Shown here: piece by piece, positions 50,804-63,300 of the stretch | Layout: each line of letters begins with the position of its first letter | Position numbering within the stretch: position 1 is the first letter of the stretch | Source of the DNA: Callorhinchus milii | Taxonomy: Eukaryota | Direction of reading: 5' to 3' | Length of the DNA: 64,000 bases | NCBI RefSeq assembly: GCF_018977255.1 | Contig: NW_024704743.1 | Span: forward strand, 96,040,001 to 96,104,000 | Program-made: the position numbers and the translations under genes | The notes under the pieces: model-generated | What the model was told of the DNA's origin: nothing | Seen by the model: the letters and a program-made list of their open reading frames with translations, nothing else | Databases searched by the model: none

Positions 50804-50978
50804 GTTTGTCGCCTCCAACCTATACCACGTTTCCAACTCAAACAGCCGTGATCTCAGCAGAAGCTGCAGCCCTCTATCAACAGCCCGTGCTCCTCAGTCC
50901 CCGCGCTCTCCAGCCGTCGACTGCGTACTACCCAACAAGTGCTCAGCTCTACATGAACTACTCTTCATATTACCCCAG
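50804..50978 (+). CDS. ESRP1: ESRP1 exon 13 (175 nt, Pro/Tyr-rich)
   Basis: [59 protein letters not shown]; gtctag / AG|gtaaga. Confidence 0.95.
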
Positions 50979-53900
50979 GTAAGACATTGCTTCAGATGCT
51001 GGGGATGGGGTTTGGGGTAACAGCAAACAATCGGAGCTTCAGCACTTGCTTTCTACTCCTTTGGATATGTGCTGTCGGATGTTTTATGAAAAGCTATAAA
51101 ACAGAAGGAAGCATCAGCTACCACAATGTCATGGATTGAGCAATCAGCTCCCCTCTCAACTCTCTACCCCCTTGTTGCTCCCTCCCTTCCCTCACCCTGA
51201 CCATTTCCCCCCTGCTCGGGTCCAGCGCCTTGGGACGTCCTCCCGACGTGAAAGGCGCTCTATAAATGAAATCTTATTGTTGTTGTTGTTGTGTGTAAAC
51301 CTGCTCACCCCCCTAGGCTGCCCAATAGTCTCTTATAAATAAGCTTTCGGATTTCAGAATTTAATCAGTAAAAATCGCTATCTGTCGGGTTGTTCAATTT
51401 TCTTCAAATTGAGGAAATTAATTCCCATCATAAAACTTTTTTTTACTTTATCATTTTTACTCTACACACATGGCCGATCAACGTCCAGATCATAAGGTCA
51501 CCACAGACTTCGCTTCCTGAGCAGTGTGTATGCTGTGCACACGTTCTTTTGGGCAAAAGTAATGATAGAGCAGGAAGTAATGTCCGTGGCAACCTTACGA
51601 CTCCGAGGGTAAACCAGTTTTCGTAGTCAACCTTAACTGAAAGTCTGAAAAAAAAGTGATGATTGATGTTATCTGTGGAAAATATTTTTAAAAAAATAAA
51701 AAGCAAACACCTGCATATAAATCAATCGTTCAATCAGAATCTCATCAAAGGAGGAGTCAGGACCATTAAAGTGAACTAATAATTCTCAGTGGCTTTAACC
51801 TCATTGTTCTTTTCCTCTCTGTTTCTGTTCTTTGCTGAGAACAGGTTGTGTTTGATCAGGGATTCCGTGTCACGTTAGCAAGGTAAACTGACTTGGAGGG
51901 GTTACTGAACCTGATCATGCAAGGGAACTGAATTAACATCACAAGAGGCTCAGAACCGATTGGGATGCTTAAAACAACAACAACTTGCATTTATATAGCA
52001 CCCCTCATGCAGGGTAGTGTCCCAGAGCGCTTGACAGTGGTGGAAATCGGAGATCAAAACAAAGATCACTAGATATTTCCAGAAGTAACGCGATTAATGA
52101 ATATGGAATGAAGACAAGAAATGAGATTGAAAAATCTGTCATAGCCTCCCCCTGTTCCAAAGATTTAAATTTTTTCTAAAATGCTGCTCATGCTGGAAAC
52201 TGTGACATGAAAGAATTTTAGGTCTTTGACTCAGTACCGTCTGACAACTGAACCCGACACTGGACTGACCAGATCCAGCTCAACTAGACACTGAGCCACC
52301 AGGTCAGATCTGTCATTTTGAGCTGTGTGTGTTTGTTAATTGTGTGTGTGCTCTCTCAGTACCTCCTGAAAATCCCATTATTCCCTTTATTATGTCACCC
52401 ACCTTTACTGTTCAAATGAAACTGTTACTAGTCAAACCAATGTGTTTCCTAAGAAAATGTATTTTGTTTACTGTTGAAATAATTCTGACTGCCTGACGAA
52501 CAGCAACACTGTGAGGAAGAAAACAACCAGTTAATTTCTTCAGACTGACTCAATGAGCCTGTGGCCAAATCAACCAGTAATATTGTGACTACTATCTTAA
52601 GTTGCCATCTTAAAATTCATGAGCATGGAAAAGCAATAAAAAAGGGGGAAGGAGCAGTTAATAATTAACCCCAGCTAGGAATCCAACTATGTTAACTTTA
52701 TGGAAATGTCAAGAACTTTTTGACCTATCCAACAGTAGCCATGGTTTATGAACAAGTGTTTACAAGGTCAGAAGCTCTTAGGCAGCAGTTGATCCTCCTT
52801 AGCTTCAAAATGCCATCAAGCAGACAGACAGACAAACCATCTGTACCTTGCTTTGGAAAATGGGCTGTTGCCTACATGCCAATGTGAATTGTGTCTCAAT
52901 GTCAAAGGTAAGCAAAGTGGATTTGATGCACTAGTGGGTGGCACGGTGGTTTGAAGGTTGAGTACATTGTGCCAGCCTTTTCCTGTATGCCAGCCAGCTT
53001 CCAGATCTCAGGCGTGCTTCCATGGGGCAATGCCAAATTGAGACTGATATTTTCCTATCGGAAGACAGTCACCTGAGACAGTGGTGCCCTCCCCTACCCC
53101 CAGTCACCAGAAGTTTGAAGGGATATGGGTATAGGGCAGGACAGTGAGGTTAAGTGAACACCTTGCTCTGAGAGTCAATGCAGACTCGATGGACCGAAAG
53201 GCCTCCTTCTGTGCTCTAATTTTCTATGACTCCAACAATACTTTGGTTCTGAGGTGATACTCCCTACATATTGCAAAGCCTTCTCAAGGATCAGTGGGAG
53301 CAACAAGTCTCCTCTGTGCTAAATTGAAAATAAGTCTGATAAGAGAAGCTGCTTCTACAAGAAGACAGATATTTATGGCTGAAAGCAGCTGTAGCTGAAA
53401 TGAATGAGTGTTTAATGTAAAGTAACAGTTTCCCAATCTTACTTCCTACTCAATCTGCCAAGATGCTTCCTGGAATGGTAGCCTATTGCAGTAATTGCCA
53501 AGATGTCGTATATTAGCACTGGTGATAAAAGCCTCAGAAAAGATGGAATCTGATAAGGACAATAACACTGCACAGAACCCCACCTGTTAATAACAACCAA
53601 TTAAGGAACTGACTTGAATAATGTGGATGGGTTTCCACACCTCCCAACCCTTCACCTTTCCCTCCTCACCCCTTGGCTCTCACCTCAGCTGCCAATCTAG
53701 GACTGTTAAGCACCTTGGGCCATCCTCTGAAAGTCACTATACTTGTTGTATTGTAAATGTTTACACCACGAAAAAAAAGGTCTATGGAATTTGGTACATA
53801 TATTAACAAAATGTGGCTCACATTTTTCCTCCAGTACTTTAGATTGAGCTCATTGATAAAGAATTGTATGGAACTCTAGCCTATAAATTGGTAGATTGAA

Positions 53901-54249
53901 TGTTTGATTTGCAGTCAACGTTCAGTGGGTTAAATATGTATTTGTAAGATACTTGCAATATTGATACTTGAAAATCCACTCTTCTCTGGTAAAGAGTTTA
54001 TGCTTGGTGTTTGGATTATTGGCGACATGATACACTGATATACTTACATGAGTTTATCTTTTGATTGTATTTTGGTTGCAGCCGCTGTCTCTACCTGACT
54101 GATTTGTAAGATTTGCCATTTATAAACAGCAAAACTCTAAAGTTCTGAAATTTCTCACGATCTTAGCCTTAACAACAAAACAAAATTACATTTGTAAAGT
54201 ACCTTTCACGTTGCGACGTCAGGGATCAGGATTTTGAATTCTATCTTTT

Positions 54250-55240
54250 CTCTTTGACCGTGCCTTCAGCTCCCCTCTTGACTCTCTTCCCCCTCCTCGC
54301 TCCCTCCCTTCCCTCCCCTCACCCTGACCATTTCCCCCCTCCTTGCTCCCTCCCTTCCCTCACCCTGACCATTTCCCCCCTGCTCGGGTCATGACCCAAC
54401 TGTGCAGCGCCTTGGGACGTCCTCCTGACGTGAAAGGCGCTTTATAAATGGAATCTTGTTGTTGTTGTTGTTGTTCTGAGGGATGGGGAGCCAGTGGAGC
54501 TGGGCAAGAGTTGGGTTGATAGGTCACGGAGCCAGTTGCGGGAGAGGACATGAGCTGCAGAGTTCTGGAAGATCTGCAGCTTATGGAGGGAATAGTTAAG
54601 GAGGTCGACAAGGAGGAAGTTTCCGTGGTCAAGCCTTGAGGTGACGAATGCGTGTATGAGGGTTTCAGCGGCCTGAGGGGTGAGGCAGTGGCAGAGTCAG
54701 ACAATGTTGGCGAGGTGGGGGAAGGCAGAGTGGTATCTTGGAGTAGAAGGATGATTTGGCAGAGGCAATGGTGGAGCGGTACGTTTTGATGTGGCCCAGC
54801 AGATCTGCCAGTGGACCGTTAGGTCAGATGAGCTAGGTCCATTCGGCGGCCCGTACCTGACACTTGAGGGAGCAGAGGTGGCTGTTGTATCAGGGTGAGG
54901 TTCATGAGCAGGAGGCAGTTTGGGAGGTGACGGGGGACAAGGGCATCAAGAGTGGAGGGAGATTTTTTTCCTGGGAAGATAGGAGATGGAGGTGGGTTTG
55001 GTGGCATTGGAGAGAGGGATTGAGGAGTTAAAGGAGATGAAATGGTGATCGGAGATGGCTTTGACTTTGATTGTGATATCCGAGACACTGAGGCCCCGGG
55101 TAATCACCAGGTCAAGTGGGTGGTCATGAACGTGGGTGACAGAGTGGATGTGGAGGGAGACGCTGTGCAAGGAAAGTAGAGCGGATAAGTCCAAGGAGAT
55201 AGAGCAGGAGGAAGTGAAGCGAAGGTTGAAGTAGCAAACC
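54250..55240. mobile_element. Composite L2 fragments: + tail (54250-54475) and - strand ORF2/endonuclease pieces (54476-55240)
   Basis: THVHDHPLDLVITRGL...AISDHHFISF (APE endonuclease) in ORF 54946..55242; L2 tail with (gtt)n. Confidence 0.8.
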
Positions 55241-55362
55241 AATGAATGTTAAGATAATGGGTCTTAAGGGTAAGACGTTGGGAATTTGGAGCCTTGGTGG
55301 AGTTTTTACCAAGCTGTGCAGATATATCCTTGTTTCATCTTTATTTGCCTTTTTATTTCTAG

Positions 55363-55513
55363 CCCCCCTGGGTCTCCGACAAGCATCAGCTACTTCCCTG
55401 CATCGGCTGCTGCCTCCACTGTCCCTCCACAACTTGGCACCTTCGTCAGGATGCAAGGGCTCGCTTACAACACAGGAGTCAAGGAAATCCTTAATTTTTT
55501 CCAAGGCTATCAG
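55363..55513 (+). CDS. ESRP1: ESRP1 exon 14 (151 nt; N-terminal part of an RRM4-like fold)
   Basis: [50 protein letters not shown]; ttctag / CAG|gtcagt; ends in phase 0. Confidence 0.95.
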
Positions 55514-58504
55514 GTCAGTAACTTCCTAAAACTGATCTAGAGCAGAGAGTGGTGGTGGGTGGAGGTGTGGGGGGAGGTGGAGAGAGGGCTGAGATGGTGA
55601 TGCAAGAATAATTTTTTCCAGAGAAACCATTTGAACCAAAGAACTTATGACAGCAGGAAGCTATTTGATTTATTTGTGCCCAGGTGCAGCAATGTTTGCA
55701 GCCTGCATTGCTAATCGTATCTTAATGAAGTAATTCTGATGTTTCCAGGCTGACTTGGTTGAAGGAGATTGAACTTATAGACCAGAAAGGTCCCAGCTTC
55801 AGTTGCCAGTCTGTGCTATTAGCTAATGTCAACTGGAGCATAACTGGGCTATAGAGATTGAGTAGCCTGACAACACTTGACATTAAGGCTCATACATGAA
55901 TAAATAGTCACTGGGGTGAGGTACGAGAAGGTGCCAGGGAACACTATCCCCGTAAAAAGGAAAAAAAAGAGTCGAAGGGTTTTCAGCCACGGAGGGGAGA
56001 GGAGAAAATTAACCAGAGAGAATATTTATAATGAGACGTTTTAAACAAAATCTGCCCTTTTCTTGGTAACTTTGTAAAAGATGATGTCTTGGCCTTAGGT
56101 TTTCCAACCATATACACAGTGGAGATGTCCACAGCCACTTCAGGTTTTTTTAAAAAAGTTGCTGTGTTCCTTAAATGTTCCTTAAATTAGGGCTGGCATA
56201 ATGAACTGGTCGAGACCATAATCTTAATTATGAAATTGATTTCTGGGCTGGGAAGAGCATGACTTTCACCATTTGCCTAAACATCCAGCCCAGAAAATAT
56301 ATTAAAACCAAAAGAACTTATCTAACTTTCTAAGAGCCAAAATAATGGGAACAAACTTTGATCTTGTGCTTGGACCTGGAATTCCAAGATGGTGACAGAT
56401 CAGTTTAAAAGTTGGAGCATATCTATAATTCCATCATTTGAGAAGGCTGACCAGTTTTACCCCGAAAATTGTGCTTCCTCTGGCAGAAATGAGACGGTTG
56501 GGGCCAAATATCTTCATTAACAGAAGAAAAAACAATTTTTGTGGAGAGTACAAGTGCAGGGTTACTGTCCCACTGAGGATCAGATTCAAAAAAGAATCCT
56601 TTTGTTGTTTCTGTGATCACACCCACCTCCGTTTGTAAATGGGATTAAATATCTTCCTCGACCTTTGCTGACTTCACCCCATTATTTTGTCAGAAAAACG
56701 TGCTTGTTGCATCTAATAAGATTAGATTGACAGCATGCCTTCACTGGTTCAGATGACTGGTTCCTAGTTGAACCTTGAACTATTTAACTTTTCTGTTGCA
56801 GATTTCACAGTAGGCAATTACCTTTAGGTATAAGACTGAAAACGTGTTTGCCAAAAGTTTGTATTGGGTTTGTATAGCAACAAACCCTCAATCACTCTAA
56901 AGAGCTCTGACCCTTTTATGTACATCTCTTTGTACTGGGGGCTCTTTAACTACTATTTGCAAAGGTGTCTCTCCAGTGCCTTTGGGAAAGCCAGGAGCAG
57001 TGACATGTTCAGCTGTGTGAGTAAGCTGATGTGTAGTGGAGGGAAGGGGTTCTTATTACACAGCATTTCTTGTATGCATTGGGAACAGTAAAAACTTGCC
57101 ATTCACGACAGTGGTCGGATCAGCCTGTTCTGACCGAATCAGAAACGTGACCTCATGAATGAGTTTGTGATTTTGGTCACGTCAATTTCAAGTACATTTT
57201 TAAAAAAATTAGACCGAAATAAAAGTGTACTATGAAAAAGTAGAGTGAGTCACACTAATTACTAAGGTAAAGTGGTGCTGTATTCTATTATCACGCTATT
57301 CTGATAATTTTGCACCAAGCAGTTGGTTTACAGATTATCATAATACTTGTATTTGATATACAACGACAACTTGAATTTATATAGTGCCTTATCATCTTGG
57401 AAGGATGTCTCAAAGCAAAGTTTATATATGACTGCCAAGCACAGTTTATTGTATTTTAGTTCCTGAATAAGCTGTCATTCAGGAAATAAAGCACTGTTTA
57501 TTCGTTTGAAGGTTTTTTGAACTCCCCTTCTCACCCTTTCCTCCCTCTTTTCAAGGCACATCTCAAAATGTACCTCCTTTGACCGTGCTTTTGGTCATCT
57601 TTCCCCTCCCCACCCCCTTAAGCCCCTACCCCTAGCCCATTCAGCACTGTGAAGAACTTTGAGACATCCTCCCGACATGAAAGTGTAAATTGTATTGCGT
57701 AAATTGTACTTTAAATATGTACAACTTTTTTTTTGTTTATTTGCTTCCTGGTTGGCTGTGCTTTCTAGTTTTAATTATTTCTCCACAGTCTGTGTAGTGG
57801 TACAAGTAAGTTATAACAACAATAATAATCCTTGAATTCATGTAGTCTAAACATCCCACAGGATTTTACTGTGAAGTCTAGTGACTGTGTATTTGTAGGT
57901 GAAGGTGACAGTCCCTCTTTCTGCCCAGTGCTGTGCTCGATAGATATCTGAGATTCGAAACTTGTGTTACTAGAGGTGAAAAGAGACCACATTACTTTAC
58001 AGTGAAATCAAAAATTCTGCACATTACAGTGCAATGTGTTGCTTTAATTATTTATTGTTGCTAAATTGTGGAGATTATTGGAACGCGTCACAATTCAAAG
58101 AAATATCTCTTCTCATTTAGTATTCCAAGCAAACAGCTCACCAGCTATTCCAGGTCACATAGACCTGTTCTCTGTAATTCACTGCAATGGGGCATTGTGC
58201 CCTGCCTTTATATTTTCCCTAAGTGCCTTTCTGTTCTGCAAAGTGCTATTGTTTTTCAGAACGCTCTGCCATGTTCCAGAACAAATTGTTGGCTTCTGAT
58301 AGCCATAAAAGTAGCTTTCCCCCAGAATAAATTGTTTTGATCAATCACTGCTTATACTTGAAATGTTTGTTTTTGGCCTTTTGGTTTGACTGTACATCGG
58401 TTGAGTTGTGGAGTGAGGAATGTTTATTGTAGAATTGGAGCCAATCATTGTACTTTGCCTCTGAAAGCGACTATTTAAGAACACTCACAGAAACAAAGAA
58501 GTAG

Positions 58505-59062
58505 AACAACAACAACAACAAAAAATTACACTTATAGAGCACCTTTCACGTCGGGAGGAAGTCCCAAAGTGCTGAATGGTCAGGTATCGGGGCCCAAGCA
58601 TGGGGGAGGGGTGGTGTATGTAGGGGTGAGAGAAGGCAGAGAGGTGGGAGGGCACGGTCGAAGAGAAGGGTCTTGAGACCGGCCTAGAAGGAGGCAAGGG
58701 AAGAAGCGAGGCTGAAAGCACGGCCACCGATGGTAGGGCGGGTCAGGCGGGAGACATGGAGCAGGCTGGAGCCCGATGAACAGAGTGAGTGGGTCGGTAG
58801 GTAGGAGAGTCAGCACGTCAGAGAGGTAGGATGGAGCAAGGCCATGGAGTCAGAAGAGGGTGGGAGCAATGGGGTCACAGAGCCTGGTGCGGGAGAATAC
58901 ACGAGCTGCAGAGTTTTGGATGATCTGCAGCTTGTGAAGGGAAGATTTGGGAAGGCCGATGAGGAGGGAGTTCCCGTAATCAAACCTTGAGGTGACGAAT
59001 GCGTGGGTGAGGGTTTCAACAGCCTGTGGGGTGAGGCAGTGGCAGAGTCTGGCAATGTTCAA
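58505..59062 (-). mobile_element. L2-clade LINE 3' fragment
   Basis: NIARLCHCLTPQAVETLTHAFVTSRFDYGNSLLIGLP...LQIIQNSAAR; (caa)n tail at 58505-58521. Confidence 0.9.
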
Positions 59063-60077
59063 CAGAACAGAAGGAGACTGTTCAGCCCATCGTGCCTCCT
59101 GTTTTTCCAAGTTGTTCTTTATTATTAACCCCACTTTCCAGCTCTTATTAAAATTCTCTGCAATGTTATCCATCAGTGTAACATTAAAAGTCACCACTTG
59201 GGATCCTAATCCACCCCAAACCTTGATTCCCCTTCAGGCGAGGCAATACGGGAAAACTGAGATAATCCTCAGTTTTTAAAACATTCCACCTCCACCAGCA
59301 GTTAGTAAAGTCACCCACGCCTGTTGTTGAAATTACCTACTTACTCAGCAGGCTCTGGTGTGATGAAAGAGCATCTTGGCTGTAGTAGCCTGACTGGTAG
59401 AATCAGACAGGATTTTTGAGTGAACAAAACGCAAAATACTGCAGATGCTGCAAAAAAATCAACAAGATTTTTGAGTGGGCTTTCCCTTTATGTTTTCTGT
59501 ATGGTTGAGTATGAGGTCATGGTATCGGGGGGTAGAAACAGAGTACAACTAGGCACCTTCCCCGTGGGAGAGTGGGTGAATCATAAGGAACCATTCTTAC
59601 ATAGATCCTGCAGCTGGCTCGAGAGCTGGCTGCACTTTGCCAAAATAGCACAATATGTTGTACAATGCTTGAGAAAGTAAGTTCTTTTCAAAATAAGTTG
59701 GCCGCCAAGGTAATATGCTGATATACTGTGCAGTTTAAAGAAGTTGAAAACTTATAGCAGAAGGTATTATTAACCTTAATTGTAGATATTTCAAACCAGC
59801 CAGGGGTTTCCAAATCTCAAATCTATCGATTCCATTATTTCTTTTAAACTCTGTTTCTTAACAACAGTGAGGTTGAGCCTAAAGCAAAGAGTTACCAAAA
59901 AGGTTAATTGTCAGCTCTTCAGTCCTCTGCAACTAGATTCAATACATGTGTGAGTTTTGAGAACTTGGGGAATGCTATATGTTCCATTTCACCAGTGCTG
60001 AAATCACTTCACCAAGAGGCTTATATTATTTATTAATATTATATATTATTAAGATAATTCTTAATAACATATAATAT

Positions 60078-60338
60078 TCAGCCTCTCTGCCCCCACATTC
60101 TGGAACTTCATCCTACGGTCCCTTCGCCTCGCTTCCTCCCTTGCCTCCTTCAAGACTTGTCTCAAGACCCTCCTTTTCGATCATGCCTTCGGTCGCCCTC
60201 CCACCTCTCTGCCTTCCCTCACATCTACCCCACCCCTCCCCCATGTTCGGGTCCCAACACCTGACTGTTCAGCGCTTTGGGATGTCCTCTCGACGTGAAA
60301 GGCGCTCTATGAATGTAATTTTGTTGTTGTTGTTGTTG
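60078..60338 (+). mobile_element. L2-clade LINE 3' tail
   Basis: Near-identical to 13325-13565; (gtt)n tail. Confidence 0.85.
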
Positions 60339-60839
60339 AGAACATCAGTGATCCCTCATTTGATATTGACTTGTGATTTTTCCCCCCATGTTGTGACATC
60401 CCGATTGTAAAACACTGGTAAGCTTCCCACCATGTCAGCTCCAAGTGAATGAAACACTGATCTACATATTCAACCAGTTTTATCTGGTTAAACTCCAGCA
60501 GTACCTTAAAGGACACACTGGGGTACTTGGCTCTTATCAATTTGCGCTGAATACTTTCCAGGATTAGGTTAACAAAATATCTTTCTCCAGGTGGAGAATG
60601 TGCACTCCATTTCAGATAAAGGGAAATTCCCATGCATATATGGAACTCAATCTGGATTGGATATCAGACTGGATCTTTAGCATGACGATGGGTTTATGTA
60701 TGCGTTAGACACCCGGTTGACCCCATAAAAATGTATGTTAAATTATTTTTAAAAGGTAAAATAATTCAAACAAATCAAATGCTTAAAATGTAAATATGAA
60801 GTAATGGTGTAAAAATGAAATGACTCAGTCAATCAGTGT

Positions 60840-61275
60840 CATTACTGAGCTAAGTCCTCTGTATATATAAATTGCCTAGAGAAACATGGTGGGACTCAGT
60901 TTTCAAATCAGTGGTCTTGTAACTCACACAAATCAGGAGGGCCCCAGCTTTGATCTGTGCTCAATGAGCTGGGCTCAGCAAGTCGGCAGCATGAGATGCT
61001 ACAATTGAATTAAATGCCCCTGGGCTTGGGAGGATAAAAATCCACCAGGTTCTAGCTCCTGCCCTTATAATCTAGTTTATTTTGCATAGCCATCCAGTGA
61101 CCTGCTGGAAAAAATGTGTCCATATATGTTTAAAGATAAGATCAGGCTTGACTCTGATTCATCCCACTGTTTGGTTTTATACTTGAATACATGGGCAACG
61201 TACAAGAAGGTACCTGGCACCTGTGGAACTGTGTCCAGTTGTGCTAATGCCTTCAGGAGAGGAGGAAAAGGATAA
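60840..61275 (+). mobile_element. Old SINE-like repeat family; related copies at ~55760-56010 (+), ~28500-28860 (-), ~31650-32000 (-), ~38050-38300 (-)
   Basis: Shared tctgtgct...gagctg..ctcagc...gcccctgggct...ccttcaggagaggagg motifs across copies. Confidence 0.5.
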
Positions 61276-61580
61276 AAAGATGATGAATGTGCTGTGACGT
61301 CTAACAGGTTGTATTCTTGGGCTTGTCTGATCTTTCAACTTGCCTAATTCTCACAGTTGCTTTGAAAATCATCTGGCATATAACTGCTGAGTTGTTACTC
61401 ACAGCATTACTATTTGGGAATTAAGATATAATTTAAAGGTGAACTTACAAAACGTTAGCTTTGTGATGGAAGCGTATGAGTCCAGCCAGCAAACCATTGC
61501 AGTGATGCTTTTTATTTTATGAGAGAGTAACAGTGGTGCCTGTTTAATGGTTTTTTTGTGTATGTTCAACCTTGCACCAG

Positions 61581-61664
61581 TACCCAGCTGAGGATTGCCA
61601 AGGACTTGTGCTTGACCAGGCCAGGACATTGTTCACACATCCCAAAGAATGGGTCTGTATTTAA
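61581..61664 (+). CDS. ESRP1: ESRP1 exon 15 coding part (exon spans 61581-61702); C-terminus PKEWVCI*, 686-aa isoform with CKLP
   Basis: YPAEDCQGLVLDQARTLFTHPKEWVCI* matches the mammalian DQART..PKEWVCI end; caccag acceptor; CAG|gtaagg donor 38 nt after the stop. Confidence 0.93.
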   Translation, partial: YPAEDCQGLVLDQARTLFTHPKEWVCI

Positions 61665-62521
61665 ATGGCTCATGAGATAGACCTCTTGTAAACAGAAGGC
61701 AGGTAAGGAAGTGCTATAGTCGCTTCACTGGGTGACTATGCCCTGGTAAAGGTGCCTTCTTAAATTATCTGGTGTTGGGAAAACTTTTGATGGTGTTTGC
61801 GTGAACAAAGCATTACGGACTGGATCTCAGCTTGCAAGTTCATGTTGTGTGGGTTCAGGTGTTTGCAAATGCATTGCTACACTTCAAAACATGTGGCTGA
61901 GTATCTGCTTTAAAAAAATGAATTTTCTTTGATATTGCAAGCCACTCGTCACATGTTCTGTAAAGCTCCTAAATTATGCAGTACCAACTAAGAGAATATT
62001 AATTGCAAATTATTCTGTTTCACAGACAACATAACACCCTCATAAATTATCGATTCTTTCTCCTACTTTAAAACAAACATTGGATTCCACTTTCAATATC
62101 CTGAACCATATACTGGAGGCTTAATTTATTGAGAGCATATTATAAGATATACCTTAACCTTGGAGCTATGGACTATAAATTGCTTGAACTTCTATTCCTC
62201 CTCGCAGTTTTTGATGTTTGAACTCCCTGAGTTAGCCTTAGTCCTTTAGCACAATCCAAGCTGTTGCTTAACATGCAGATACTTATCCACATGGAAACCC
62301 AGGTACAGCAAGGTGCCTCCAAACAGAAAGGAGTTTATATGTGAGTTCCAATGCAGCAGCACACAGATACAGCCATAGCAAAATGAACCTTAAGGTGATG
62401 GGAGGTGTGAGCAATTGAATAAAGGAACCTTTCTGGTGCTGGGATCGTATCTATTGAATAAAGTATATTTTTGTGGAGATATCTCACTACTGCACTACTG
62501 TTTTATTTTTGCCTTCCACAG

Positions 62522-62680
62522 ATTCCTCCTGAGTCTGTGCTGATCATGTGCAACTTATATGGACAGCCCAGTGGTGATGCTTTTGTCATGTTTCCATCAT
62601 TGGATGTGGCCAAACAAGCGATCATACAGAAGAACCGCCAACACATTGGCAATTGCGATGTGAACCTTTACTTGTTGTGA
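62522..62680 (+). CDS. ESRP1: ESRP1 terminal exon 16; coding when exon 15 is skipped (rest of RRM4; 711-aa isoform)
   Basis: Strong acceptor (tttttgccttccacag); phase-0 ORF IPPESVLIMCNLYGQPSGDAFVMFPSLDVAKQAIIQKNRQHIGNCDVNLYLL* with a G-x-P-S-G-D-A-F-V motif like RRM2/RRM3. Confidence 0.88.
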   Translation: MPPESVLIMCNLYGQPSGDAFVMFPSLDVAKQAIIQKNRQHIGNCDVNLYLL

Positions 62681-62909
62681 AACATGATGTGCTGCTTAGA
62701 GTGGAAAGCACAGGTTGAAACCATACTTACACACAAATTAGAATACTGTAACAATGAATGAAGTTTTTTTTAAAGGTAAACCTTTCTAACTGCAGAATGA
62801 TGCCATTTTTCACTAGCTCTTAGAAAATAAGAAAACCTAGATGTGTTAGCAGCAAGTAGCCATTTTATCTAATTAGTACAATCTATAATGTTCAACCTTT
62901 TACATGAAT

Positions 62910-62915
62910 ATTAAA
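62910..62915 (+). terminator. Candidate ESRP1 polyadenylation signal ATTAAA
   Basis: ATTAAA ~230 nt after the exon-16 stop, followed by GU-rich tatgttgtct. Confidence 0.35.
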
Positions 62916-62939
62916 AGTTAGATGTCAATATATGTTGTC

Positions 62940-63300
62940 TATATACAGCCACTTCCTGGTCAATCATTCCCTCTAACACAATCTATACAAGGCTCTTCCC
63001 TGCTTATCATTCCCTGCAACACAACATATACAAAGCACTTCACGGTCAAAACCTATACAAGGCTTTGCCCTGCCTATCATTCCTTGGAACACAACCCATA
63101 CAAGGTTTTGCCCTGCCATTAGTTCCTGGATTACAATCGTACAAGGTTCTTCCTGCCAATTGTTTCCTGTAAAAACATAACCGATAGAAGGTTCGTCACT
63201 GCCAAATCATTGCTGTATTAGAACTTCCACAGGACTCTTCTGCCAATCATTCCCGTAATGTAACCTCCACAGTGTTCCTTGCTTGTTATAATTGATATGA
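62940..63300. repeat. Degenerate ~40-bp tandem repeat (atacaagg..ccctgccaatcattcc...acaacc); related units near 63340-63400 and 63730-63770
   Basis: About 8-9 visibly iterated units. Confidence 0.8.

Noticed and set aside
55324..55331. ATATCCTT resembling an AT-AC U12 donor
   Set aside because: Lies inside the exon-14 acceptor region with no upstream exon or matching U12 branch/AC acceptor
56240..56296. 12-bp inverted repeat tttctgggctgg/ccagcccagaaa
   Set aside because: Short and isolated, with no extension of pairing or other support for a function
58121..58153. Possible extra cassette exon (YSKQTAHQLFQ) in intron 14
   Set aside because: Plausible acceptor but weak donor (gtcaca) and no recognisable homology; needs RNA evidence
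62940..63300. CRISPR-like periodicity
   Set aside because: Whole units are degenerate copies with no unique spacers, no cas genes, and the context is eukaryotic
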